Assembly (NCBI GenBank): GCA_037481775.1
Contig: JBBFKZ010000004.1
Location: forward strand, 70,252-133,464
Direction of reading: 5' to 3'
Length of the DNA: 63,213 nucleotides
From: Candidatus Bathyarchaeia archaeon
Lineage (GTDB): Archaea > Thermoproteota > Bathyarchaeia > Bathyarchaeales > Bathycorpusculaceae
Shown: in pieces, positions 1 to 9,993 of the stretch
How positions within the stretch are numbered: position 1 is the stretch's first letter
Layout: each line of letters opens with the position of its first letter
Program-made: the position numbers and the translations under genes
The notes under the pieces: model-generated
The model's database searches: none
Told to the model about the DNA's origin: nothing
The model's input: the letters and a program-made list of their open reading frames with translations, nothing else

Positions 1-1
1 G

Positions 2-1435
2 AGGCAGATTAACAGTTACAGCTCCTAGGCAGCCTGTTCGCAAGGTATCTGTTTCCCAGTCCCCAGTCAAGTCTGCTTTGCAATTAATTCCAGAAGCCGA
101 AAAAACTGCGTATTTCACTTCTTTTTGCAGCATGCCCGCAAAGTATAGCAGTCCCCTCGTTGCTGCGATAGCATGCGCTTTAAGCAGAATCGCTCGCGCC
201 CTTTCATCTACCAACGCTTCACTGCTTATTTTAACAATAATTTTCGGGTTAAGCAAAGGTTTAAGAGAACTTTCTTCTTCAAGAATCTCGAGCATAAGTG
301 ACATTAGCAACAGGCTTTCTTCGGCAAAATCGCCATATTTGCCGCATACTTTTCCTTCAGGACCAATAGCTGGTTTATCCGCGATGAATTTTGGAATGGA
401 AGGTGTCAATCCAAACGTGGCTTCCGCGTGATGATGAACATTCATTAAGAATATGCGCAGGCTTTCTTTCGCTAAAGAAACATCGGCGCCTCTTATAAAT
501 GGCGCGAGAAACACGTTGAAATAATCGCAAGTTTGCATTTCATTCACTTCCTTGCTGGCATGCAACAGAACATTAAAAGCAACAGACAAAGCGTTCTCAA
601 AATTTCTGGGGGCTCCATGAGAGATTTGAAGGGGGCTCGCCAGCTTAAGACCGCTTTGAAAGAAAAATCGCAGGTCATGCATCACTTCATTTGGCTTCAA
701 AATCCATGTACCCAACTCGTTTACGTGAATTGCCCCGGCTACATGGGCATCTGCGATGTCCCGTGGTAACACATTCAAAAGCGTGTACTCCCTGAATACA
801 CTGTTTCCCGCCTTCGAAAGCATAACTGATGAGCCTGTAACTGGGGCTTTTGCATCCATTAAGGCGGTCACTTCGTAAACAGGCATTCCAAGCCGTGTGA
901 GTTTATGGCGGTAATCTTCAAAGCCTTTCTCAATTAAAATGGCGTTTACAACTTCCCTGACTAAAGGCGCTGTTAAATACTTAATTTTTGATTTGAATAG
1001 ACGCTTTTCCGCCTCTTTAGCTGCCTTCTGCGCAATTTCAGCGGGGACTTTGGCTTCTCTTACAAGCGAGTTGGCAATTTTGTTGGCGTCAAATTCTTCC
1101 AACGTGAAATGTGACGTGCGAACCAGCATTCCACGCGGCTTAACAGCTTTCTTTTCCACCTTGTCTGCCACGTCAAGAACCATCTTGCCCAACTCGGTCA
1201 AATAGTACTTCTTGGCTTCCGCGTCCGCCTCAACCAAGTCCGCCTTAAGCAAAAATTTCAGATGATACGCAAATCTTCCCGCGTCTCTACTGGGGTTCAT
1301 TTTTAAGGCATTAATTAACTCGGTATAAGAGAGGGCGCTTTTATCAAAAAGCAAGTTTAGAATTTGCAGCCTAAGAGGTGAAGAAACGGCCTTCAGAACT
1401 TTAACTCCACGTGCCCTATGCGGAAGACTCGCCAC
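2..1435 (-). CDS. ArsR-type wHTH + ATP-cone + class III ribonucleotide reductase (NrdD)-like fusion, truncated at window start
   Basis: Not in the ORF track (runs off the edge). Manual translation from GTG 1435: VLKAVSSPLRLQILNLL..GRFAYHLKFLL (wHTH); VRTSHFTLEEFDANKIANSL..LTAPLVREVVNAIL (ATP-cone); LPRDIADAHVAGAIH and DWETDTLRTGCLGAVTVNLP (NrdD-like). Confidence 0.85.
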   Translation of the reverse strand, partial: MASLPHRARGVKVLKAVSSPLRLQILNLLFDKSALSYTELINALKMNPSRDAGRFAYHLKFLLKADLVEADAEAKKYYLTELGKMVLDVADKVEKKAVKPRGMLVRTSHFTLEEFDANKIANSLVREAKVPAEIAQKAAKEAEKRLFKSKIKYLTAPLVREVVNAILIEKGFEDYRHKLTRLGMPVYEVTALMDAKAPVTGSSVMLSKAGNSVFREYTLLNVLPRDIADAHVAGAIHVNELGTWILKPNEVMHDLRFFFQSGLKLASPLQISHGAPRNFENALSVAFNVLLHASKEVNEMQTCDYFNVFLAPFIRGADVSLAKESLRIFLMNVHHHAEATFGLTPSIPKFIADKPAIGPEGKVCGKYGDFAEESLLLMSLMLEILEEESSLKPLLNPKIIVKISSEALVDERARAILLKAHAIAATRGLLYFAGMLQKEVKYAVFSASGINCKADLTGDWETDTLRTGCLGAVTVNLP

Positions 1436-1787
1436 GACTCGCTTCCCTCAAACCCAGCATATCCTAATTATCTGAATAACAGTTTAAGCTTTAGCTATAA
1501 AGCCTATCCCACTATTCTATGGCACTGCATCGCAAAATGCTTAATGGCTGCTGGTTTTCTGCTACTGCCGCTGATAGCCCCTCTATAGGTTTCTGCAATG
1601 AATCGCTAATAGCAGCCAAATATCCTGACGCAAGCTTCATTTTGGCGGGCACGTGATAATTGTTACTTTAAAAATGTGCAGGGGCCGCGCAGGCGATAGG
1701 GATTTGCCTTCTTCAGTTGATAACGAGAAATTTTGGGCAGCATTTCTGTTGTGTCTTGTTTGTGAAGGCTGTTTAGCGAGGCAAACT

Positions 1788-2675
1788 CTATACTACAAGC
1801 GATGTTCCTATGAACATTAGGGTTACTGCTGAAATTTTCAGCAGCAGTGTTTCTTTGTTTATTTCTTCTTTGAGAATCCGTGGCGAGAAGATGCTTAGAA
1901 CGATTGTGTAGAAGAAGACATAAAAGGGCTGTAGTCCAAACAGAGAGGAAGCCAAAGAGGCGTCTGTTAAAGATAAAGCGATTAGTGAGCAGATTGTGCC
2001 TATTACGTAGAGGCCTTCTCCGATAAAGGTGGTAAGCAATGTCTTTTTTCCGGCCGCTGAAATTGTGTTGACTATTTCTTTGCGTGGTTTGGATAAAGTC
2101 AAAAGCAGTAGAGAGGCTGTGAAGGTTCCGAAAATATTCCAGAAGAATACTGACCAGAAATTCAGATGGTTCACAAGGGTTTTATCAGCTACGGTGTAGG
2201 AGGCTATTATTAAGCCAAAGGGTACCATAAACTTCAGAACGCCTAAAAATGGCTTTTTGCTTGCTTTCCTGTAAGAAATCAGTACTGAAGCGAAAACTAT
2301 TAGGGTAATCCCGATGTATCTGCTTGTGCTGAGGATTTCGTCAAGAAAAATTACTGAAAGGAGCACAACAAACACGGGTATAAGCTGGAAGAGAGTGACA
2401 ATTCTTGACACTTCTTCCGTTATTAGAGCTTTTGAGTAGAACCAAAATGCTACCAAGGGCATTATGCCAGCAGAAAAAGCGAGAAGCGAATATGGGAAAG
2501 AGTAACTAACTTCGCCTGAGATAAAGACAATTAACGCGAAAATCGCATCCATAGAAATGGCCGTGAAAATCAGCGGCAAGTTACTCTTGAATTTGTTGGT
2601 TAAGAGGAATTTTATGAAAACGTTGTTCATGGCCCAAAATGCAGGCGCGAGTAAGGCATATAGGTACCATTCCAT
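1788..2675 (-). CDS. EamA/DMT family transporter
   Basis: About 10 TM helices in two repeats; LFQLIPVFVVLLSVIFLDE motif. Confidence 0.85.
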   Translation of the reverse strand: MEWYLYALLAPAFWAMNNVFIKFLLTNKFKSNLPLIFTAISMDAIFALIVFISGEVSYSFPYSLLAFSAGIMPLVAFWFYSKALITEEVSRIVTLFQLIPVFVVLLSVIFLDEILSTSRYIGITLIVFASVLISYRKASKKPFLGVLKFMVPFGLIIASYTVADKTLVNHLNFWSVFFWNIFGTFTASLLLLTLSKPRKEIVNTISAAGKKTLLTTFIGEGLYVIGTICSLIALSLTDASLASSLFGLQPFYVFFYTIVLSIFSPRILKEEINKETLLLKISAVTLMFIGTSLVV

Positions 2676-2833
2676 GCAAGGTCAGCCGTGATTACCTAAA
2701 GGCCATTAATAAACTTTGAATAACGCTGCTCAACAGAAGGAGCTACTGCGGCTGAAAAACTGCTTAGGTCTAACAACAACTATTTATTAAGATAAAGCAA
2801 TCCAATAGGTTACTTATTAGTAATGGGGCTTAA

Positions 2834-4081
2834 ATGATGAGGGCAGTTATAATTCAGTTTCCCTTTGGCGTTGTGGCTTTTGACGACCAAGGCAAAATAG
2901 CAGATAAATTGCTGTTTTCAAACAAGCCGCAAGCAGCAGCCAAAAGCATTTTGAACATCGAATCTGGGAAAATCTCTGAAATCGCTTCTTTGTTAACCAC
3001 TCTTCAGAAACATGGCTATGAAACTTTTGTTTTTGAAGACGCCTCGCTGGCTAATGCTGCACAACAAAAGCTTGGCATCAACGTCGAAGTCGCAAAGGCT
3101 TCAGAAGCGACGGCTTTGCGTAGTCGCATGGAGCAACTGGCTGTTGAAACCGGGTTTGTGAAGGAGGCAAAGGCGCTTGCGGAGTGGAACCGCAATGTCA
3201 GCATAGAACTTGCCAAGCTACGTGTTAAAGGCGCCGTTGAAAAAAGAGACTTAATTATTGCTCAAGCAATTCAGACGCTTGACGATTTGGATAAGACTTT
3301 GAATTTGTTTATGGGGCGGCTTCGCGAGTGGTATGGCATCCACTTTCCAGAATTAGATCGCCTAGTTGAGAAGCATGAGACGTACGCCCGCCTAGTCACG
3401 AACTTGGGCTCCCGAGACAACTTCTCGGTTGAAGCTCTTGAGAAAGAGGGCATACCAAAGGATAAAGCGGAAACAATCGCTAAAGCGGCTGAGGCATCCA
3501 TGGGCGCAGACACGGCTGAGCAAGACCTAGCTGAGATTCAAGCATTGAGCAAAGCTGTTCTTAACATGTACAAGCTACGGGAAGACTTGGAAGGCTACGT
3601 TGACAAGGCAATGGAAGAAGTTGCGCCTAACACGCGTGCCATAGCCGGCGCGCTTCTGGGTGCGCGTTTAATCGCTGTAGCTGGTGGCTTACAAAACTTG
3701 GCCATGCGCCCTGCAAGCACAATACAGGTTCTAGGCGCAGAAAAAGCCTTGTTCCGTTCACTGAAAACTGGTGCGCGTCCACCAAAGCATGGCTTAATCT
3801 TTCAACATGCATTACTGCATGATGCTAAAAGGTGGCAGAGAGGTAAAATAGCCAGAGTTCTAGCTGGAAAACTCACTATCGCAGCGAGGGCCGACGCATT
3901 CGGCGGCAAATACGTTGGCGACTCTTTGAAGGCGGAGATTGATGCGCGGCTCGAGGAGATACGTGAGAAATACAAGGAGCCTCCGCCGCCAAAAGAAAAA
4001 GTTGCGACGCAAGAAAAGAGAAAGGAACAGTGGCGAAGAGATAAGAAGTGGAGAAAGAATAAACGTGCACGTAAAGGTTAA
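2834..4081 (+). CDS. nop5: C/D box RNP protein Nop5 (Nop56/58)
   Basis: LREWYGIHFPEL, PASTIQVLGAEKALF, PKHGLIF motifs; lies upstream of fibrillarin. Confidence 0.97.
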   Translation: MMRAVIIQFPFGVVAFDDQGKIADKLLFSNKPQAAAKSILNIESGKISEIASLLTTLQKHGYETFVFEDASLANAAQQKLGINVEVAKASEATALRSRMEQLAVETGFVKEAKALAEWNRNVSIELAKLRVKGAVEKRDLIIAQAIQTLDDLDKTLNLFMGRLREWYGIHFPELDRLVEKHETYARLVTNLGSRDNFSVEALEKEGIPKDKAETIAKAAEASMGADTAEQDLAEIQALSKAVLNMYKLREDLEGYVDKAMEEVAPNTRAIAGALLGARLIAVAGGLQNLAMRPASTIQVLGAEKALFRSLKTGARPPKHGLIFQHALLHDAKRWQRGKIARVLAGKLTIAARADAFGGKYVGDSLKAEIDARLEEIREKYKEPPPPKEKVATQEKRKEQWRRDKKWRKNKRARKG

Positions 4082-4763
4082 ACCTCACCCGCAGTTCGCC
4101 GAGATTTACCAAGCAACACTCGAGGATGGTGCGCAGCGGTTAGCCACACGCAACTTGGCGCCAGGCAGGGCAGTCTACGGTGAACGGCTAATTCGCTTCA
4201 AAGGCGTGGAGTACCGTGTTTGGGACGCTTTCAGAAGCAAGCTGGCAGCCGCCATCCTGAAGGGCGTGCAGACAGTTCCCATAGCACCAGGATACCAGGT
4301 GCTCTACTTGGGCGCGGCATCTGGAACCACGCCCAGCCACGTCTCCGACATAGTCGGCGAAAAAGGCCACGTGTACTGCGTAGAGTTCGCCTCGCGTTCT
4401 CTACGAGACTTAGTGGATAACGTCTGTGCCTATAGACGAAACATGTCGCCGTTTCTTGCAGACGCACGTTTTCCGAAACAGTACGCCATGTTCATACCGA
4501 GAAAAGTGGACACCATATACTGCGACATAGCACAGCCCGAGCAAGCTAAAATTTTGGCGGATAACGCTGACGTTTTCCTTAAGCCCGCTGGCTGGGTTAT
4601 GCTGGCGGTGAAAGCCCAAAGCATCGACGTCACGAAAGAGCCGCTGACAATTTACAGGCAAGAAGCGGAAGTCTTGAGAAAACGGAGCTTCGATGTGCGT
4701 GAAACGTTACAGTTAGAACCCTACGATAAGGCACATGCAATGATTGTGGCGCAACGTTCTTAA
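4065..4763 (+). CDS. flpA: Fibrillarin-like rRNA/tRNA 2'-O-methyltransferase
   Basis: YRVWDAFRSKLAAA, VLYLGAASGTTPSHVSD, DIAQPEQ; GTG 4065 overlapping the nop5 end preferred over 3939. Confidence 0.97.
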   Translation: MHVKVKPHPQFAEIYQATLEDGAQRLATRNLAPGRAVYGERLIRFKGVEYRVWDAFRSKLAAAILKGVQTVPIAPGYQVLYLGAASGTTPSHVSDIVGEKGHVYCVEFASRSLRDLVDNVCAYRRNMSPFLADARFPKQYAMFIPRKVDTIYCDIAQPEQAKILADNADVFLKPAGWVMLAVKAQSIDVTKEPLTIYRQEAEVLRKRSFDVRETLQLEPYDKAHAMIVAQRS

Positions 4764-4838
4764 TTCGTTACCATCAGGTTGCCAAGATTGACGGACCCAA
4801 ACAAAGATTATAGGAAAAAGAAGATCTTCGGAAAGTTA

Positions 4839-6119
4839 TCATTCGCTTTTGCTTCGTATATCTTCATCCTGTTTCAGCAAAGCAATGCTGTTGGCTGGCA
4901 AGTCGCGGTAAACCGTGAAGTTTGCCCCTATCCAGCTGTTTGCGCCCACTTTTACGCCAGGCATGAAAAGCGCGTTTATGCCGGTCTTAACGTTGTCGCC
5001 GAGAATTGCGCCGAGCTTTCTTCGTCCAGTGTCCACAACGCTGTCTTTCACCTTCATCTTTACGTGGTCGTCATCCAATCTGAGATTAGCAGTAATCGTG
5101 CCCGCTGCCAAATTGCAGTGCTCGCACAGTATGCTGTCGCCCACGTAAGCTAAATGGCCTACATGCGTGTAATCCATGATTATGCTGTTTTTGACTTCGC
5201 AGGCATTGCCTACCCGCACGTTTCGGCCTATGCTGGTGCATGGTCGGATGTAGCAGTTTGGGCCGATGTCGCTGCCTTCGTCGATGAAAGCTGGTCCTTC
5301 AATGTAAGCGCCAGAGCGGATCCGCGCTGTTTCCGCGACGGTAACAGGGCCTATCAAGTGGGCGCCTTGCTCCACCGTGCCATAAACCTTATGCTCCATC
5401 CGCTTTAGCACCCAGCTGTTCGCGTCCAGCAGATCCCATGGTCTTCCAATGTCAAACCAGTCGCCGCGGCGGATTTCAGCGGCTAAAACAGCTTTGCCAT
5501 ATTTAATCAGCAGTGAAAGCGCATCGGTTAGTTCCCACTCGCCGCGGACAGACGCCGTTATCTGCCGTAGCTTGTCAAAGACTTCCAGGGAGAACACGTA
5601 AATACCGGCGTTAGCCAAGTTTGAAGGCGCCTCGCCAGCCGCAGGCTTTTCGATTATACGCTTAACAGCCTTTTTGTTGTCAATTTCTACTATGCCATAG
5701 TTTTCCGGCTTTTCCACTGGCACCACAGCCATGACCGCGGCTGCTTCCTCCGTCTCATAGCACTGAAGTACGGTTTTCAAGCTGTCTGGTGCGAATAATA
5801 AGTCGCCATAAACAAGGGTGAAATCGCCATCCACGTAGGGCTCAACGGTGCTTACGGCGTTGCCTGTTCCCAGGATAGCCTTTTGCTCAACATACGCGAT
5901 TTTCACGCCAAATTTTTCGCCGTCGCCGAAATACTGGCGGATAGCATCGCTCATGTAATGTGTTACGATGACTATGTCGGTTAAGCCGCAGGACTTTAAC
6001 GCTTCAATGCAGTGCTCGAGAATTGCTTTTCCGCCGAGTTTTATCAAGTGTTTTGGGCGGGTCGCTGTTATGGGTTGAAGCCTAACGCCCTCGCCGGCTG
6101 CTAAAACCACGGCTTTCAT
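4839..6119 (-). CDS. glmU: Bifunctional sugar-1-phosphate nucleotidyltransferase/acetyltransferase (GlmU-like)
   Basis: LAAGEGVRLQP nucleotidyltransferase motif plus C-terminal hexapeptide repeats; ATGA overlap with glmM. Confidence 0.9.
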   Translation of the reverse strand: MKAVVLAAGEGVRLQPITATRPKHLIKLGGKAILEHCIEALKSCGLTDIVIVTHYMSDAIRQYFGDGEKFGVKIAYVEQKAILGTGNAVSTVEPYVDGDFTLVYGDLLFAPDSLKTVLQCYETEEAAAVMAVVPVEKPENYGIVEIDNKKAVKRIIEKPAAGEAPSNLANAGIYVFSLEVFDKLRQITASVRGEWELTDALSLLIKYGKAVLAAEIRRGDWFDIGRPWDLLDANSWVLKRMEHKVYGTVEQGAHLIGPVTVAETARIRSGAYIEGPAFIDEGSDIGPNCYIRPCTSIGRNVRVGNACEVKNSIIMDYTHVGHLAYVGDSILCEHCNLAAGTITANLRLDDDHVKMKVKDSVVDTGRRKLGAILGDNVKTGINALFMPGVKVGANSWIGANFTVYRDLPANSIALLKQDEDIRSKSE

Positions 6120-7489
6120 TTCGTCCAATCCTCTATGTGCCGCTTGATTAATGCGGCTCCTCTCTTCATTATGTCCTTTGCTGCTTTTAATGATTCACCT
6201 TCCACTGTGAGCCTAATCAGCGGTTCAGTTCCAGAAGCCCGTATCAGAAGCCAGCCGCTTTTAAGCGCCAGCCGCACGCCGTCGACAGTGGATAGCTCGG
6301 TGTAGTCTGGGAAAGCAGAGAAAAGCGCTGTCTCCAGGCTTGCCACAACCTTGTGTTTGTAGTCATTTCGACAAGGGATGTTCTCCCTCAATGTCACGTA
6401 CGCTGGCACTTCAGCCACGAACTTGCTTAAACTTCTGTCTTCCTTCTCCAGCGCCTGCAGCAGAAGCACAGCGGAAAGCGGCCCGTCAGGGCAATAATGA
6501 AAACGCGGATGCACCCAAGCGCCGCATGGTTCGCCGCCGAAAACAGCGTTATCGCGTTTTATGGCTTCCGAGATGTAGACGTCGCCCACTTTGGTTCGGA
6601 TAACCTTGCCATCGTATTCTTCAGCCATCTTTTCAACACACATAGAAGCCTCAACATTAGTAACCACCACGCCGCCTCGGGCGCTTTTCAACACATAAGC
6701 GGCATAAGCAGCCAAAGACCGGTCAAAATCGACAAAGCAGCCCTGCTCATCGACGAATGCCACGCGGTCGCCATCGCCATCAAAAGCTATGCCAACATCA
6801 GCGCCAAGCGCCCTAACAGCACTTGCTAAGTCCTTCAGTGACTCAGCAGTCGGCTCAGAACTTCTTGCAGGAAAGAACCCGTCAGGCTGTGCGTTTAAAG
6901 CAGTCACATTGCAGCCAGCAGCCTTTAAAACGGCTGGACCTACAGTGAAGGTGGCGCCGCAGCCGGGATCCACAACAACCTGCCAGCTTCTACGCAACGT
7001 AGCGGCCTTTCTGACCATTTCAAGGTAAACTGAGACAGCATCCACTTGTGAAGCGCCGCCGAGATTACGCCACCCAGCCAGTGCATAGCTGTTTTCAGCG
7101 ATTATTTTTTCCACCGCGTTCTGGCTTTCATCAGTGTAAGACAGACTGTCGCTACTGAAGATTTTTATGCCATTATACTGGGGAGGATTATGCGACGCGG
7201 TAAGCATAAACCCCACATCAGCCTCAAGCGCCTTGGTCGCATACGCTAAAGCAGGCGTGGGCACAACGCCAGCCAAAGAAACGTCGACGCCGCCGGCTAA
7301 AAGCCCTGCAACCAGCGCATCCTCAAGCATTGGGCCAGAAACGCGGGTGTCCCTCGCCACAAGTGCCCTTTGCGCTTTTGAGTACGTTGCCACGGCTAAA
7401 CCAACTTTACACGCTAGAGCTGGCGTCAAGTCAACGTTAACTAAGCCGCGCACGCCCGAGCTTCCAAACAGCTTAGCCAAAGTTATCAT
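6116..7489 (-). CDS. glmM: Phosphoglucosamine mutase / phosphohexomutase
   Basis: LFGSSGVRG, TASHNP, DGDGDR, IRASGTEP. Confidence 0.92.
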   Translation of the reverse strand: MITLAKLFGSSGVRGLVNVDLTPALACKVGLAVATYSKAQRALVARDTRVSGPMLEDALVAGLLAGGVDVSLAGVVPTPALAYATKALEADVGFMLTASHNPPQYNGIKIFSSDSLSYTDESQNAVEKIIAENSYALAGWRNLGGASQVDAVSVYLEMVRKAATLRRSWQVVVDPGCGATFTVGPAVLKAAGCNVTALNAQPDGFFPARSSEPTAESLKDLASAVRALGADVGIAFDGDGDRVAFVDEQGCFVDFDRSLAAYAAYVLKSARGGVVVTNVEASMCVEKMAEEYDGKVIRTKVGDVYISEAIKRDNAVFGGEPCGAWVHPRFHYCPDGPLSAVLLLQALEKEDRSLSKFVAEVPAYVTLRENIPCRNDYKHKVVASLETALFSAFPDYTELSTVDGVRLALKSGWLLIRASGTEPLIRLTVEGESLKAAKDIMKRGAALIKRHIEDWTK

Positions 7490-7667
7490 CTCATATTTAA
7501 CTTGAATACGTCCATTGTTAAAAAGTTAATTTGCTTAAAACAATTTAACTCTAATACTTCGCGGCTGCCCGTTACATGCAGAGCATTACGTCCTCAAGCT
7601 TTGTGGAAGCAGCTTTAACTTGAAAGAAACGCTTATTTATTTGATTAAGCCTTGCCTAAAAAGTATT

Positions 7668-7734
7668 AGGCGATGAGGCTCGCCTTTAACCGCCCTTGTT
7701 TCCTGATAACTGCAAGGGCTGATAGCTTCTACCG
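7668..7734 (+). ncRNA. Fluoride riboswitch (crcB motif), canonical
   Basis: AGGCGATGAGGCTCGCCT-TTAACC-GCCCTTG..CAAGGGC-TGATAGCTTCTAC: P1 AGGCGA/TCGCCT, P2 GCCCTTG/CAAGGGC, pseudoknot GAGGCT/AGCTTC, conserved GATG, GCTGAT and CTAC; AT-rich TATA-like element ~30 nt upstream. Confidence 0.93.
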
Positions 7735-7764
7735 AAATTCAAAACACAAAGAGCGGATGTTAGG

Positions 7765-8634
7765 TTGCGCGAGATAGGGCGGTTCAATAGCGGCATAAGT
7801 AGGAAGCAATCAGCTTCTACAGTAGCCGAAAGAGTCATCAACTATGTTGTGAATAGGCAAAATGCTGACGGCGGATACGCTTTTGTTCAGGGCACAGATT
7901 CAAACGCGCAAGACACCTACTATGGACTGGCAATTCTGCACTTGCTAAACGCACCTTTCCCGAACATGCAACGAACTGTTAAATGGCTCAGAGATTTCGT
8001 TCCCGACAGCTACTATTCCCATTACTACGTGGCTAAAGCGCTGAAATTATGCGGAGAGAAACCGCATGAAAACCTCGAGGAGTTTCTGCTTTCGCAAACC
8101 TCTAGAAACGAGTTCGGAACAGTGGACGTATATGTTGAAATTGCCTCTGAATTTCAGTTTTTATCCATGATAACCGAGCTTGCCAACATGGTTAACATCA
8201 AAATTGATTACCACAAAACTGTGAAGTGGATACTAAACTATCAGAACAGCGACGGCGGCTTTGGCGCGCACGGCTACTCCAATCTTAACTCGACCTACTA
8301 CGCGCTGGCAGTGCTTTCTAACATCAACTACAACGTTAAATCGCTTAGAAAAGCCATATCATACGTTAGGGCATGCGAGAAGCCATACGGCGGCTTCACA
8401 ATTGTACCAGACAGCGTAAATCCCTATATGGAGCACATATACTACGGCACGGCGGCACTCACCATATTAGGCGAAACCGTCAGATACCCTGAAGCGACCG
8501 CAGAGTTTATTTTGAAATGTCAGAATTTAAACGGCGGATTTGCGCGCTCAGATCTCGGAATATCCACATTTGAAGACACATATTACGCCATAAGTGTGCT
8601 GCAAATCATCGAAAAAGGAGAGGTTCAATATTAG
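7765..8634 (+). CDS. Prenyltransferase/squalene oxidase (PFTB/QW) repeat protein
   Basis: Repeats QNADGGY, QNSDGGF, EKPYGGF, QNLNGGF each followed by TYY(G/A)-like helices. Confidence 0.85.
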   Translation: MREIGRFNSGISRKQSASTVAERVINYVVNRQNADGGYAFVQGTDSNAQDTYYGLAILHLLNAPFPNMQRTVKWLRDFVPDSYYSHYYVAKALKLCGEKPHENLEEFLLSQTSRNEFGTVDVYVEIASEFQFLSMITELANMVNIKIDYHKTVKWILNYQNSDGGFGAHGYSNLNSTYYALAVLSNINYNVKSLRKAISYVRACEKPYGGFTIVPDSVNPYMEHIYYGTAALTILGETVRYPEATAEFILKCQNLNGGFARSDLGISTFEDTYYAISVLQIIEKGEVQY

Positions 8635-9352
8635 TTTTGACGTGGCATACCTGCGAATCAAAAGAGCCAGTGGAAGCGATGAGGAATGTTTTCTCTGCAG
8701 GTTGGAAGAAGAAATTGAAAGCAAATATGTAAATGACTACCTTTCCGAGTTGGTCATGGACTCAGCGGCAAGACAAAAAATCATTGAAAGCAGGGGCTTC
8801 TGCAACTACCATTTCTATAAGCTGCTCACTGCAGCAAGCAAACCAGCAAGCTCGAATGGACATGGAATAGCTCTAATTAACAAAAGCATTATAGAAGCGC
8901 TTCTGCGAGATTTCCATAAACAAAAAGTACTTCAAGTTAGCAGTTGCGACAAAATGCTTGCTGCTGAAAATAGTTGTCCCATTTGTGTCTACATTGCCCA
9001 ATTTTCAGAGAGATACGCAAGTAAGATCTTAGAGCTTATTTCTTCAGGAAATGAGGAGAATTTGAATAATCTAAAAAACTCGAGAGGCTTTTGCATTCCG
9101 CACTTTGTAATGTTAATTCATAAAACAGCGGTTGTGCCTTTTCAAAACCAGAAAATCATTAATACGCTAATGGAAGTTGAAGAGAAAAATCTTCGTAGAC
9201 TGCATTCAGAGTTGGCTGAGTACATAAAAAGACAAAGCTACGAATTTTCCGAAAAGGATCGCGCAGCTATTGCAGGTATAGTGACGCGTAGCGTCAAAAA
9301 GATTTCAGGAAGACGGGGAATAGTAAAAAGAATTCATGAAAACAGTAAATGA
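8594..9352 (+). CDS. DUF6062-like Cys/His metal-binding protein (start uncertain)
   Basis: Duplicated CxxC...RGFCxxH motif (CFLC..RGFCNYH; CPIC..RGFCIPH). Confidence 0.7.
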   Translation: MCCKSSKKERFNISFDVAYLRIKRASGSDEECFLCRLEEEIESKYVNDYLSELVMDSAARQKIIESRGFCNYHFYKLLTAASKPASSNGHGIALINKSIIEALLRDFHKQKVLQVSSCDKMLAAENSCPICVYIAQFSERYASKILELISSGNEENLNNLKNSRGFCIPHFVMLIHKTAVVPFQNQKIINTLMEVEEKNLRRLHSELAEYIKRQSYEFSEKDRAAIAGIVTRSVKKISGRRGIVKRIHENSK

Positions 9353-9355
9353 TAG

Positions 9356-9847
9356 GTGAAAATTGTGATCTCTGAACGAGATGTAGTCAAAGGTAAGGTA
9401 ATCGTTAGCGCCTATGCTGTAATCGAGGGAGAGGGTCGCGTAATTCTTTTTATAAAAGAGGGAGATGTGCCCTATAACAAAATGTGGGTTATTCCCGGCG
9501 GCTATGTTAAACCTAGTGAAACTACAGAGCAAACCGTTATACGAGAAGTTGCAGAAGAAACAGGATTAAAAATCGCGCCTGCTAAGTTGATTGGGGTATA
9601 TGATGACTTTTTTGGTGAGAAAGATGAACCAATCCATCACGTCATTATTGCCTACAAGACGGAGGTTGTTGGCGGCCAAATAATTTTTTCTCAAGAAGCC
9701 AAAGCATACAGATGGCTAAGCGTCTCCGAAGCGTTTGCCTCCCTTGAAGTCCCAGATGTTTTCAAGAGGATCCTGCAAGATTTTGAAAGGCAAAGTTCCA
9801 AGGGATTCATCTCAAGATTAAGCACATATCTTAATAGTCGGCGATGA
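9356..9847 (+). CDS. Nudix hydrolase
   Basis: Complete Nudix box GGYVKPSETTEQTVIREVAEETGL. Confidence 0.92.
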   Translation: MKIVISERDVVKGKVIVSAYAVIEGEGRVILFIKEGDVPYNKMWVIPGGYVKPSETTEQTVIREVAEETGLKIAPAKLIGVYDDFFGEKDEPIHHVIIAYKTEVVGGQIIFSQEAKAYRWLSVSEAFASLEVPDVFKRILQDFERQSSKGFISRLSTYLNSRR

Positions 9848-9993
9848 CTCTCGTAATGCTTCTTTTACTTACGATTCTATGTTAGGGACCATAGCTGTGA
9901 TTATTAAGATTCGCAGAGTAACATCACAAAATTAGCTTCTTCTGCGATAAATTTTAATAGAAACAGGTTGTATCTGCGTTAAAACTTCAACTT

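Noticed and set aside
78-1205. Plus-strand ORFs 78..431, 533..769, 939..1205 and similar short antisense ORFs across the window
   Set aside because: Antisense shadows of well-supported genes.
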